Below, piece by piece: positions 35,919-46,039 of a DNA stretch of 64,000 nucleotides. The notes beneath the pieces were generated by a model. It saw only the letters and a program-made list of their open reading frames with translations, did no database searches and was not told the origin of the DNA. The stretch covers positions 22,912 to 86,911 of the forward strand of contig JAFATA010000012.1 of NCBI GenBank assembly GCA_019244165.1. The letters are read 5' to 3'. Position 1 is the stretch's first letter; every line of letters starts with the position of its first letter. A program made the position numbers and the translations under genes. Origin of the DNA: Pseudonocardiales bacterium. Its GTDB lineage: Bacteria; Actinomycetota; Actinomycetes; Mycobacteriales; Pseudonocardiaceae.

Positions 35919-36011
35919 TCTGACTGTCTCGTGGACAGCGTCCGACTGGGCGGTCCCGCGCTGTGCAGGCCGGTGCCCTCCAGCGACGCAAGCCTGGATG
36001 AGGAGCACGCC

Positions 36012-36314
36012 ATGACCACAGCGCCGGTGGACGATCCGGTGGCATCCGGTAGTGAGCAGTTCGGGTTGTCACGACCTCCGCAGGCCCCGCGGTGCTGGGA
36101 CGTTCCCTCCCCCATGGGGGTGCGGCCGTGGGGACTGCGCGGGATGCGCTGCGGTGCGCTGCCCGCACGCCCCGTGCCGGAGTTCAGCTACAGCCACGAG
36201 CAGCAAGTTGCCGTGGACGAACGCGGGCGAGCACTGATCCTGACTGGGATGGCGGATCCGACCGCCCATTCGGTGACCGATGGGGACGGGGACGAGGGTC
36301 GCTCTGAGGACTGA
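36012..36314 (+). CDS. putative graspetide precursor peptide (TIGR04186-like), cluster 2
   Basis: ATG at 36012 after GAGGAG. The leader contains ...GVRPWGLRGMR...PEFSYSHEQQVAV.... The core is ...GMADPTAHSVTDGDGDEGRSED (Ser/Thr plus Asp/Glu rich). An internal start at 36114 (MGVRPWGL) would give a more typical length. Confidence 0.55.
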   Translation: MTTAPVDDPVASGSEQFGLSRPPQAPRCWDVPSPMGVRPWGLRGMRCGALPARPVPEFSYSHEQQVAVDERGRALILTGMADPTAHSVTDGDGDEGRSED

Positions 36315-36349
36315 GTATATGACTTCGCGCCAGATGACCCCGCTCCGGC

Positions 36350-37302
36350 ATGACCTTTCTGATCCTGGCGGCCGAGTTCGACGTCAGCGCCGACCAGATG
36401 ATTTTTGCCTTGCGGGACCGCGAGGTGCCGGTCTGTCGGATAGATACCGCGTGGTTTCCCACGCGCCTGCACCTCGACGCCCGGCTGCGAGGAGGCACTG
36501 GGGTGGCTGGTTACGCACACCGGGGCGCGATATCGAGCTCGATGGGCTGCGATCGATATGGTACCGCAGCCCCACGACCTTCCAGTTTCCGCCAGAGTTG
36601 AGTGACGCGGAACGCCAGCACGCGTTTTTGGAGGCTAAGTACGGGCTTGGTGGGGTGTTGTCGTCGTTGCCGGTGTTGTGGGTCAATCATCCCGCGCGGG
36701 TGGCTGCAGCCTCCAAACCTGTGCAGTTGTCCACCGCGGCCCGCTGTGGCCTGGCCGTCCCGGATACTCTGATCACCAACGAACCGGAGGCGGTGCGTAG
36801 CTTCGCCCGGTGTGGTGCGACGGTGACCAAGATGCTCGGCGCAAACCATATCACCGAAGAGGGCACCCGCAAGGTCACATTCACGAGACTGCTCAGCGAT
36901 GATAATCTCACTGATTTGCACGGAGTAAGCGTCACCACCCACCAGTTCCAGCGGTGGGCACCGAAACAGCACGACGCTAGGGTGATCGCTATCGGCGATG
37001 AGCTGTTCGCTTTCGCGATCCACGCCGGCAACGCCGCATCGTATATAGATTTCCGAGCCGATTACGACGCCCTGACCTACGAACCGATCGAGCTGACCGC
37101 CGAGGTTTCCGAAGGAGTAAGAAGGTTCCTGGGCGCGCTGGGACTGACCTATGGGGCGTTGGACTTCGTGGTCGGTCCCGACGGTTCGTACACCTTCCTT
37201 GAATGCAATGCCGGCGGGCAGTTCGGGTGGCTTGAAGCCCGCACCGGTGCGCCACTCACCGATGCACTCGCTGAACTGCTGACGAGGGGTGCACTCTCGT
37301 GA
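36350..37302 (+). pseudogene. ATP-grasp ribosomal peptide maturase, cluster 2, with an apparent frameshift near 36494-36500
   Basis: The N-terminal part MTFLILAAEFDVSADQMIFALRDREVPVCRIDTAWFPTRLHLDARLRGG is in the frame of ORF 36350. The rest, (H)WGGWLRTPGRDIELDGLRSIWYRSPTTF...VNHPARVAAASKPVQL...GALDFVVGPDGSYTFLECNAGGQFGW, is in the frame of ORF 36280..37302. The paralogue at 25918..26904 is colinear with the joined reading. Confidence 0.75.
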
Positions 37303-38513
37303 GCGAGTGGTCCGCCCTGGCAGCCGCGCTGGCCGAGGAACTCACTGCGGCGGGCAAACTGCGCTCACCGCACTGGCAAGCGGCCTTGCGCGCGGTACCC
37401 CGCCATGAGCTGGTGCCGGTGCACTACACGATGGATCCCCACACCGGAGCATGGAGCGCCGCAAACACCGCCGATGACCTGCCTCTGGTGTACTCCAACA
37501 CCGCCTTGTTCGTACTCCCGGAGGGGCGCTCGTCCACCAGCATGCCCGGCCTGATGACCCGCATGCTCGAAACTCTCGACATCCGCGACGGGCACCGGGT
37601 GTTGGAAATCGGGGCCGGCACCGGCTACAACGCCGCGCTGTTGTGCCACCGGCTCGGTGAGGAGCACGTATTCGCCGTGGACGTCGAACCCGAACTGGTC
37701 GCCCTGGCCCGGCAGCGCCTCGCCCGCCTTGGCTACCACCCCACGCTGGTGGCCGCTGACGGGGTGCACGGTCTGCCGGAGCACGCACCCTACGATCGGA
37801 TCGTCGCCACCTGCGCGGTCCCGGCCGTGCCCTGGGGCTGGGTTGCGCAGATCCGGGAGGATGGTCTGATCCTGGTCGACGTGAAGATCGGGCAGCAGGC
37901 GGGCAACCAGGTGCTGCTCCGGCGGTGTGGACAGCGCACCCAAGGACAGCGCACCCAAGGACAGCGCACCCAAGGACAGCGCACCCAAGGACAGGGCGCC
38001 CAAGGGCGGTTCGACCCCACTTACGGCAGCTTCATGAGCCTCCGCCGCGCGGGGGCATCTACCAGCGCCGTGCCGTCTCATCCGACGAACCGTGACGGCG
38101 CGAACCGGCGCACCACGACGCTGGAGCTGACCCGACCCTGGGAGCAGACCGCGTTCTGGTTCTTCGCCCACCTGGTGGCCCTACCCCCCGGCACCACCTT
38201 CAGCCTGCGCGGTGAGGAGCCTCACCGACCACCCCGCAACACCGTGCTGCACTGCGCCGACGGTTCCTGGTGCGAGGTCCGGGAGGACCCCGGCAACGAC
38301 GGAAGCCGCGTGGTCTGGGAAACCGGCCCCCGTCCCCTGTGGCGCCTCATCGAAGACAGCCACGCCCAGTGGCGGCGGCTCGGCCGACCCGGGTGGGAGC
38401 GCTTCGGCCTCACCGTCACCGCTGAGCGGCACTGCATCTGGCTCGACAGCCCGGAGGGTGAGCACACCTGGGTCCGGCCCCACTTGGATACCGAGCGCGC
38501 GCTCAGGCCTTGA
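37299..38513 (+). CDS. PIMT-like O-methyltransferase of the ATP-grasp RiPP system, cluster 2, containing a (GQRTQ)n insert
   Basis: The GTG start overlaps the ATP-grasp stop (GTGA). The SAM motif is VLEIGAGTGYNAALLC. An in-frame repeat GQRTQGQRTQGQRTQGQRTQGQGAQ is present. Confidence 0.85.
   Translation: MSEWSALAAALAEELTAAGKLRSPHWQAALRAVPRHELVPVHYTMDPHTGAWSAANTADDLPLVYSNTALFVLPEGRSSTSMPGLMTRMLETLDIRDGHRVLEIGAGTGYNAALLCHRLGEEHVFAVDVEPELVALARQRLARLGYHPTLVAADGVHGLPEHAPYDRIVATCAVPAVPWGWVAQIREDGLILVDVKIGQQAGNQVLLRRCGQRTQGQRTQGQRTQGQRTQGQGAQGRFDPTYGSFMSLRRAGASTSAVPSHPTNRDGANRRTTTLELTRPWEQTAFWFFAHLVALPPGTTFSLRGEEPHRPPRNTVLHCADGSWCEVREDPGNDGSRVVWETGPRPLWRLIEDSHAQWRRLGRPGWERFGLTVTAERHCIWLDSPEGEHTWVRPHLDTERALRP
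37929..38003 (+). repeat. 5 x 15-bp tandem repeat (ggacagcgcacccaa; last unit imperfect) inside the methyltransferase gene
   Basis: Four perfect units lie at 37929-37988 plus the variant ggacagggcgcccaa. Confidence 0.9.
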
Positions 38514-39684
38514 CCGGCTCGGCTTCGGCGATCGGGTGGGCGCCGTGGATGGGGCCCTCAGCCTTGACCAGCCGGGTGGCGTCACCTCCCCAGCGCAGCG
38601 AGATGATCTCCGCGGCGATGGACACCGCGGTCTCCTCGGGGGTGCGGGCACCGAGGTCCAGCCCGATCGGCGAGGCTATCCGGGCCATCTGCTCCTCGGT
38701 CACGCCCGCCTCGCGCAGCCGAGCTGCCCGGTCCTCGTGGGTTCGGCGCGATCCCATCGCACCGACGTAGGCCAGATCCAGCTTCAGCGCCTCGACGAGC
38801 ACTGGGACGTCGAACTTCGGGTCGTGGGTGAGCACGGTGACCACGGTCCGCGCATCGATCCGGCCCGCCTCGGCCTCAGCCTTCAGGTAGCGGTGGGGCC
38901 AGTTCACCACGACCTCATGGGCGTCGGGGAAGCGACTGCGGGTGGCGAACACTTCTCGCGCGTCGCACACCGTCACGTAGTAACCGAGGAACACCCCGAT
39001 CCGGGCCATCGCGGCGGCGAAGTCGATCGCGCCGAACACCAGCATCCGGGGCGGCGGCTGCATGGCGTTGACGAACACGTCCATCCCCTCGCCGCGGCGC
39101 TGCCCCTCGGGGCCGTAGTGCAGGGTGGCGGTGCGGCCGGCGGCGAGTGCACCCCGGACATCCTCCAGGATCGCCTCATCGACCCGGGAGGAGCCGAGCG
39201 TGCCCTGGTGCCGGTCGGGCCAGACCACCATCCGACGTCCGATCCGCTCGGCGTCAGGGTGCGCGACCACGGTGGCCACCGCGACCGGCTCCTTGCGGGC
39301 CACCGACGCGGCCACCTCGTCCAGCTCGGGGAAGCTCACCGGGTCCACCTTCTCGATGAACACATCGATGATGCCGCCACAGGTGAGCCCGACGGCGAAG
39401 GCATCGTCATCGGAGACGCCGTAGCGCTGCAGGATGGGGGTGTGCTCAGCGAGCACCTGCTGGCCCAGTTCGAAGACCGCGCCCTCCACGCAGCCACCGG
39501 AGACGCTGCCGACCACCTGTTCGTCCGAGGTCACCAGCATCGACGCCCCTGCCGGGCGGGGCGCCGAACGGTAGGTGGACACCACCGTGCCCACCGCAGT
39601 GGATTTGCCCTTGCGCCACTGCGCCACCAGTTCCTCGAGCACCTCACGCACTGCGGACCTCCTCGTGCGCAGAGCTTCCAGCAT
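38503..39684 (-). CDS. XdhC/CoxI-family molybdoenzyme maturation protein
   Basis: ATG at 39684 (MLEALRTRRSAVREVLEEL...). It contains ...TVVSTYRSAPRPAGASMLVTSDEQVVGSVSGGCVEGAV... and a C-terminal Rossmann-like part, MLVFGAIDFAAAMA. Confidence 0.85.
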   Translation of the reverse strand: MLEALRTRRSAVREVLEELVAQWRKGKSTAVGTVVSTYRSAPRPAGASMLVTSDEQVVGSVSGGCVEGAVFELGQQVLAEHTPILQRYGVSDDDAFAVGLTCGGIIDVFIEKVDPVSFPELDEVAASVARKEPVAVATVVAHPDAERIGRRMVVWPDRHQGTLGSSRVDEAILEDVRGALAAGRTATLHYGPEGQRRGEGMDVFVNAMQPPPRMLVFGAIDFAAAMARIGVFLGYYVTVCDAREVFATRSRFPDAHEVVVNWPHRYLKAEAEAGRIDARTVVTVLTHDPKFDVPVLVEALKLDLAYVGAMGSRRTHEDRAARLREAGVTEEQMARIASPIGLDLGARTPEETAVSIAAEIISLRWGGDATRLVKAEGPIHGAHPIAEAEPVKA

Positions 39685-39728
39685 GGCCAGGCTGTGTAAA
39701 GCGTATTCGGCCCGGCCAGCGTGCGGGT

Positions 39729-40301
39729 TCACCCACAACGAGGAGGCTGCTGCGGGCGGTCCACGTCGACGCCGCTGGCCAGATCGGAGCACTCCACCAC
39801 GGTCAGGTCTGACCGCCCGGCCAACCAGTCCCGGGCACCCCGGTCACCCTGAACCGAGGAGATGACCTCGGCCCAGTGCTGCCGGCCGAGCAGCACCGGA
39901 TGCCCGGGCGCCCTGGCGAACCCGGCTCGGGCCACCACCGCGGGATCAGCCAGCGCGGCGAGCCGGCGAACCACGGAGGCGTCCACGTCGGGCAGATCAA
40001 CCAGGTGCACCAGCGCGGCCTGCACCTGCGGCGGTGCGCTGCGGACCAGCTCGGTCAGGCCGGCCCGCAGGGAGGCTCCCATGCCCTCGGCCCAGTCCGC
40101 GGCCAGCACGATGCTGGCCCTCGCCGGCACCAGCGGGGCCACTCGGTCGGCCTGCGCACCGAGGACGACGAATACCGGGTCGCATCCACCGCCGCTCAGC
40201 GCGGCAACCGCCCGACACAACCAAGCGCCGTTCTCGACGAGAGCCTTGGGCATCCCGTAGCGTCGCCCGGCCCCGGCTGCCAGCAGCAGTCCAGCGATCA
40301 T
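39729..40301 (-). CDS. MobA/MocA-like nucleotidyltransferase (molybdenum cofactor cytidylyl/guanylyl-transferase family)
   Basis: It begins MIAGLLLAAGAGRRYGMPKAL..., the GT-A NTP-transferase signature. It is adjacent to the xdhC-like gene. Confidence 0.75.
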   Translation of the reverse strand: MIAGLLLAAGAGRRYGMPKALVENGAWLCRAVAALSGGGCDPVFVVLGAQADRVAPLVPARASIVLAADWAEGMGASLRAGLTELVRSAPPQVQAALVHLVDLPDVDASVVRRLAALADPAVVARAGFARAPGHPVLLGRQHWAEVISSVQGDRGARDWLAGRSDLTVVECSDLASGVDVDRPQQPPRCG

Positions 40302-40467
40302 GGTTGCATTTTCCCACGGGTGGCCAGCTCCTCACAAAGAAGGCATCTACGCCATTGAGCCAGCTGCAAACTACGTGCATTTAAATATACACGAAAGAAT
40401 GATGTCAACGGCTCACACAAAGCGCGTAGTGTCGATAATCAAACGAACGAATAAAGGAGCAAGAAAA

Positions 40468-40647
40468 ATGACCGCACCACACACCCATGAGCACACCCAC
40501 GGGGACATGACGCATACGCATACCCACGTCCTGCATGAGCACGAGCACGTGGAACACGAGCACGAACACAGCCACAGCGGGCAGACTCACGCTCATCCCC
40601 ACGCCCACGAGGCGAGCCTCGCTGAGGACCACGAGCACTCGCACTGA
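40468..40647 (+). CDS. 59-aa histidine-rich peptide
   Basis: ATG preceded by AAAGGAG. The sequence is MTAPHTHEHTHGDMTHTHTHVLHEHEHVEHEHEHSHSGQTHAHPHAHEASLAEDHEHSH, with His about one-third of residues by eye. The upstream 90 nt are strikingly AT-rich. Confidence 0.6.
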   Translation: MTAPHTHEHTHGDMTHTHTHVLHEHEHVEHEHEHSHSGQTHAHPHAHEASLAEDHEHSH

Positions 40648-40680
40648 CACAGAGCTGCGCACCGCTGGCACCAGCGCGAG

Positions 40681-41526
40681 TTAGCGCAACGGCTCGCCAG
40701 TCCGCACCTGCTCGACAATCTCAATCTGATCGCCCAGGCGCAGGGCCGCCCCGGGGGAATCGGGGATGAGGTTAATCGCGAACCACACCTTGCCGTCCCA
40801 CCGCCGGCAGCGGGCCAGCGTGGTCAGCGGCTCCTTGCCCTTGCGCGCGGTGTCGGGGTCGATCGTGGTGAACACGCAGCGGTCGCAGGCCTTGACCGCC
40901 CGGAAGCGCACGGCGCCGATCCGCACCACCCGCCAGCCATCCTCGGCCCACGCGGGTGCACCCGCGACCACCAGGTTGGGCCGGAACCGACGCATCGGCA
41001 CCGGCCCCTCCTGCGCGAAGGGCCCCTCGGCGATCAGGTCGTTCAGCGCGGCCAGGGACTCCTCGGTGGCCAGCAGCAGCGGGTAGCCGTCCGCGAAGGA
41101 CACCCGGTCTTCCTCCCGGCTGTAGGCAGGGTTCGGCCGACGCTGGGTAGGGTCGTCGAGGTACACCAGCCGGAGTGGTGTACCGACGACCTTGCTGAAC
41201 CAGGCATGGGCCTGCTCGGAGGCGGGCGTGGCGCTCACGTGGCTGGAGAAGACCCGGACGGCGGTGAGTGCGTGACCGTCCGGGGTAGCCACCAGCAGCG
41301 GATCGGCATCCGGCGCCTGCACCCGCAACCCGTTCGGGTCAAGTTCCGGGGTGACCAGCACCAGCCGCGGGTATTTCCGTGCCGTCACCACCAGGCCCTC
41401 ATCGTCAACGAGCATCCACCGCCGGTCCCCGGCCAGACCCCAGGGCTCGACCAGGGCCTGCCCGAGCGCATGACCACGGCAGGACTTGATCGGATAGCGA
41501 TGGAGCCCGGTCAGCGTGATCGCCAC
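40681..41526 (-). CDS. MOSC domain-containing protein (MOSC_N beta-barrel plus MOSC)
   Basis: GTG at 41526: VAITLTGLHRYPIKSCRGHAL...FADGYPLLLATEESLAAL...RFRPNLVV...CDRCVFTTIDPDT.... The 507-aa track ORF adds an implausible Arg/Gly/His-rich N-terminus that is antisense to the real gene at 41650..42051. Confidence 0.85.
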   Translation of the reverse strand: MAITLTGLHRYPIKSCRGHALGQALVEPWGLAGDRRWMLVDDEGLVVTARKYPRLVLVTPELDPNGLRVQAPDADPLLVATPDGHALTAVRVFSSHVSATPASEQAHAWFSKVVGTPLRLVYLDDPTQRRPNPAYSREEDRVSFADGYPLLLATEESLAALNDLIAEGPFAQEGPVPMRRFRPNLVVAGAPAWAEDGWRVVRIGAVRFRAVKACDRCVFTTIDPDTARKGKEPLTTLARCRRWDGKVWFAINLIPDSPGAALRLGDQIEIVEQVRTGEPLR

Positions 41527-41649
41527 GGACGCCAGGCTAACCCGCGCCGAGCTGGCTGGCGGAACCCTGCACGGTACGGTGAGTCCCGGCACCTGATCGT
41601 TCGTCCTTGATCGTTCGGCCCTGATCGTCGACACTGTCGGGAGAACACC

Positions 41650-42051
41650 ATGAGCACCTCGACCACTCGCGCGGTTCGGATGTTCTCCCTGTTGAACGGG
41701 GTGACCCTGCTCGGTGTGCTGTGGCAAGCGGTGTCGGCAGGGGAGTTCATCAACCGCGCCGAGCCCAGCGGCTGGATAACCGCCCATGAGATCGGTGGTT
41801 TCGTCGTCGTCGTGCTGGCGCTGGCCACTGCGCTGGCCGCGGTTACGCTGCGGCGCGCGGACCCAGCGCTGACCCTCGGCGCCGTGGGCCTGCTCGTGCT
41901 GATCATCCTCCAAACGGGCCTCGGCGAGGCGATCACCAAGGCAGACGCGAGCGGGCTGACCGTCGCCCACGTGCCGATCGCGGTGCTCATCTTCGGCTTG
42001 GGCGTCTACCTCTCGAGCGTGGGCGCCCGCCTGCGCCGCGGGGCGGCGTGA
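41650..42051 (+). CDS. hypothetical four-TM membrane protein
   Basis: 133-aa ORF with four hydrophobic helices, including VRMFSLLNGVTLLGVLWQAV and IGGFVVVVLALATALAAV. Its composition is far more protein-like than the overlapping antisense frame. Confidence 0.6.
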   Translation: MSTSTTRAVRMFSLLNGVTLLGVLWQAVSAGEFINRAEPSGWITAHEIGGFVVVVLALATALAAVTLRRADPALTLGAVGLLVLIILQTGLGEAITKADASGLTVAHVPIAVLIFGLGVYLSSVGARLRRGAA

Positions 42052-42450
42052 GGACACGAGGTAGGCGGCGGGTCCGGGTCGCCCTCGAATGACGACCCGA
42101 ACCATCCCCGATAACCGTGCCGCGCGTCCCCGTCTCCGTACGGCATGGGCGTCGCTCGCTTGGCTGGGCGTCCCGGCGCTGCGCCCAGGCGGTGCAACCG
42201 ACACCGTCTACGGTGCCGCACCGCGCCGCCCGGCACATGAGGGTTCTCCCCCACCCGGACCCCGGTCCCTCACCATGGCCCCTGACCGGGGTCCCCGAGA
42301 CAGTGCCCTTGAGAGACCGCCCTTGAGAGGCGGGATCTGTGGACGATGGCGGCTGACCCCCGACCGAACCGGGGCAGCAAGCGGCGTGGCACAATCCGTC
42401 AGGTGCATGTGCATCCGGCGAATCTCTAACTTCACGACGCTTACCCGGGG

Positions 42451-42496
42451 CCACGGCCCTGGCAGGGAGGGGAGGAGGAGTCTGCCAGGGCCGTGG
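42451..42496. other. 15-bp perfect stem with a 16-nt polypurine loop (C/U-rich loop on the minus strand); candidate sRNA element
   Basis: ccacggccctggcag - ggaggggaggaggagt - ctgccagggccgtgg. It lies in a convergent intergenic region of about 730 bp with no credible ORF. Confidence 0.4.
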
Positions 42497-42685
42497 GAGA
42501 CGCCCGCTGGTGCACAAGCGGGCGAGCCGACATCACGCTGGGGGGTGGGTACCCGATTGGTAGCTCGGGGCAAGAGCAGACCGGGTAGTGCTGCGGCGGT
42601 GCGGGAGCGGGATGGCGAGCAATCCTGGAGTAGCAAGCTCTGCTGACACGGTACCAGGGCTTGGGGGCGAAGTGCAGGCCCTGGG

Positions 42686-42730
42686 TCATGAACACTGGTG
42701 TCATGAATACTAGTGTCATGAACACTGGGT
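42686..42730. repeat. 3 x 15-bp tandem repeat, each unit carrying the palindrome TCATGA
   Basis: tcatgaacactggtg / tcatgaatactagtg / tcatgaacactgggt. It lies just distal to the groEL terminator. Confidence 0.7.
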
Positions 42731-42738
42731 AATGAAAG

Positions 42739-42772
42739 ACGGGCCGGCCCCCGGACGTGGGGGCCGGCCCGT
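42739..42772 (-). terminator. groEL intrinsic terminator candidate
   Basis: A 14-bp GC-rich perfect stem acgggccggccccc / gggggccggcccgt with a 6-nt loop, 15 nt after the groEL stop. On the minus strand it is followed by CTTTCATT. Confidence 0.7.
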
Positions 42773-42786
42773 ATGCAGCAAGTGGA

Positions 42787-44433
<1,647 letters not shown>

Positions 44434-44557
44434 TCATGGGCGCCGCGGGGTGTCCGCGGCAAGGACACAGTGCTCGGCCAGGCTCGGTGCCCGCGACGGA
44501 CGTCCAGCTCGTGCCGGACTCACCGTCCCGACCTCAGTAGTTGTTGCGGTTGTTGTG

Positions 44558-44584
44558 TTGGCACTCGACAGGTCTGAGTGCCAA
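44558..44584 (-). promoter_or_regulatory. CIRCE operator (HrcA binding site), copy 1
   Basis: TTGGCACTC-N9-GAGTGCCAA is a perfect inverted repeat, against the consensus TTAGCACTC-N9-GAGTGCTAA. It lies in the groEL 5' leader region. Confidence 0.85.
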
Positions 44585-44591
44585 CTCGTGT

Positions 44592-44618
44592 CTAGCACTC
44601 GAGCCCGGTGAGTGCAAG
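44592..44618 (-). promoter_or_regulatory. CIRCE operator, copy 2
   Basis: CTAGCACTC-N9-GAGTGCAAG, 7 nt from copy 1. Confidence 0.7.
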
Positions 44619-44659
44619 CTGCCACGCCCTGTCACAGCCGCGAGTGGCAGGATGCTGGG

Positions 44660-45877
44660 GTGGCCACCGCGTCGAAACCTCGATCCGTCGACGAGCACGG
44701 CCGGGTCGTGGCCGCCCTGCTGCCCACCACCCCGGTGATCCGGCTGGCCCTGGTGGAGTGTGCCGGCCTCGCCCTGGCCGAGCCGATCACCGCGGCGGTG
44801 CCGCTACCGCCGTTCGACAACTCCGGGATGGACGGCTACGCGGTGCGCTCGGCGGACATCGAGGGCGCCAGCGCCGACACGCCGGTCGCACTGCCGGTTA
44901 CCGAGGACATCCCGGCCGGGCGCACCGACTCACCTTCGTTGCGGCCCGGCACCGCGCACCGGATCATGACCGGGGCGCCGATCCCCCCCGGCGCGGACAC
45001 GGTGGTGCCGGTGGAACTCACCGACGGTGGGCGCCACCAGGTGCAGATCTACGCCGCCCGCCCCCCGGGCGGCAGTGTGCGCCTGGCCGGGGACGACGTG
45101 GCGGCCGGCGAGGAAATCCTCCCGGCGGGTGTGGTGCTGGGCCCGGCGCAGCTCGGCGTGGCGGCCGCGGTCGGCTACGCCGAGCTGCCGGTACACCGCC
45201 CGGTGCGGGTCCTGGTGCTGTCCACCGGTTCCGAGCTGGTCGTGCCAGGCACCCCGCTGCGGCACGGGCAGATCTACGAGTCGAACGGCACGATGCTCGC
45301 CGCCGCGGTTCGGGAGGCCGGCGGCGAAGCCCAGTTGATGCACTTCGTGCCCGACGACGTTGCCGCGCTGGAGGCCGCGCTGACTCCCCGGTTGACCGGG
45401 ATAGATCTGCTGGTGACCTCCGGTGGGGTCAGCGCGGGGGCCTATGAGGTGGTCAAGAGCGCCATGACCGGGCAGGGGGTGGATTTCGGCAGGGTAGCCA
45501 TGCAACCCGGCGCGCCGCAGGGTGTCGGCCGCTACCACGGGGTGCCGGTGGCCGCGATGCCCGGCAACCCGGTGAGTGCCTCAGTGTCCTTCGAGGTGTT
45601 CGTCCGTCCCGCGCTGCGGGCCGCGATGGGCCTGCCCGCGCAGCGGCCGCAGGCCAGCGCACGGCTCACCGAGGCGCTGGACTCCCCTGGGGACAAGCGG
45701 CAGTTCCGGCGCGGAGTGTTCGATCCTGCCGGGGGCACCGTCGCCCCGATCGGTGGCCCCGGCTCGCACCTGCTCGCCGCGCTGGCCAGGTCGAACTGCT
45801 TGATCGACATTCCCGAGACCACCACTCACCTCACGGCAGATGAGGAAGTCCTGATCCTGCGCACCGGCGGGGCCTGA
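44660..45877 (+). CDS. moeA: molybdopterin molybdotransferase
   Basis: It contains ...RSVDEHGRVVAALL...PLPPFDNSGMDGYAVRSADI...TGAPIPPGADTVVPVE...STGSELV...SGGVSAGAYEVVK.... The GTG at 44660 avoids overlapping the CIRCE elements (track start 44612). Confidence 0.9.
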   Translation: MATASKPRSVDEHGRVVAALLPTTPVIRLALVECAGLALAEPITAAVPLPPFDNSGMDGYAVRSADIEGASADTPVALPVTEDIPAGRTDSPSLRPGTAHRIMTGAPIPPGADTVVPVELTDGGRHQVQIYAARPPGGSVRLAGDDVAAGEEILPAGVVLGPAQLGVAAAVGYAELPVHRPVRVLVLSTGSELVVPGTPLRHGQIYESNGTMLAAAVREAGGEAQLMHFVPDDVAALEAALTPRLTGIDLLVTSGGVSAGAYEVVKSAMTGQGVDFGRVAMQPGAPQGVGRYHGVPVAAMPGNPVSASVSFEVFVRPALRAAMGLPAQRPQASARLTEALDSPGDKRQFRRGVFDPAGGTVAPIGGPGSHLLAALARSNCLIDIPETTTHLTADEEVLILRTGGA

Positions 45878-46039
45878 CCCGGCCGCCGGCGCGGAGGCTC
45901 GGCGCCGTGAACTCGACAGCACCGACATGCCGATGACCGGAAACGTCGCTGGTGTCGAGTTCACGAACAGCGTCGGCCATCGTTGAGCAGCGCGACCGTG
46001 ACGAAGAGCCGCAGGACGGAAACGACGAGGGCCAGGCGG

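Noticed and set aside
38212-39699. 495-aa plus-strand ORF
   Set aside because: It is antisense to the xdhC-like gene and overlaps the end of the methyltransferase. It is a shadow ORF.
41527-42204. N-terminal 226-codon extension of the MOSC ORF (the track gives 507 aa)
   Set aside because: The extension is Arg/Gly/His/Gln-rich and antisense to the credible membrane-protein gene at 41650..42051. MOSC proteins begin at the VAITLTGLHRYPIKS-type strand, where a GTG exists (41526).
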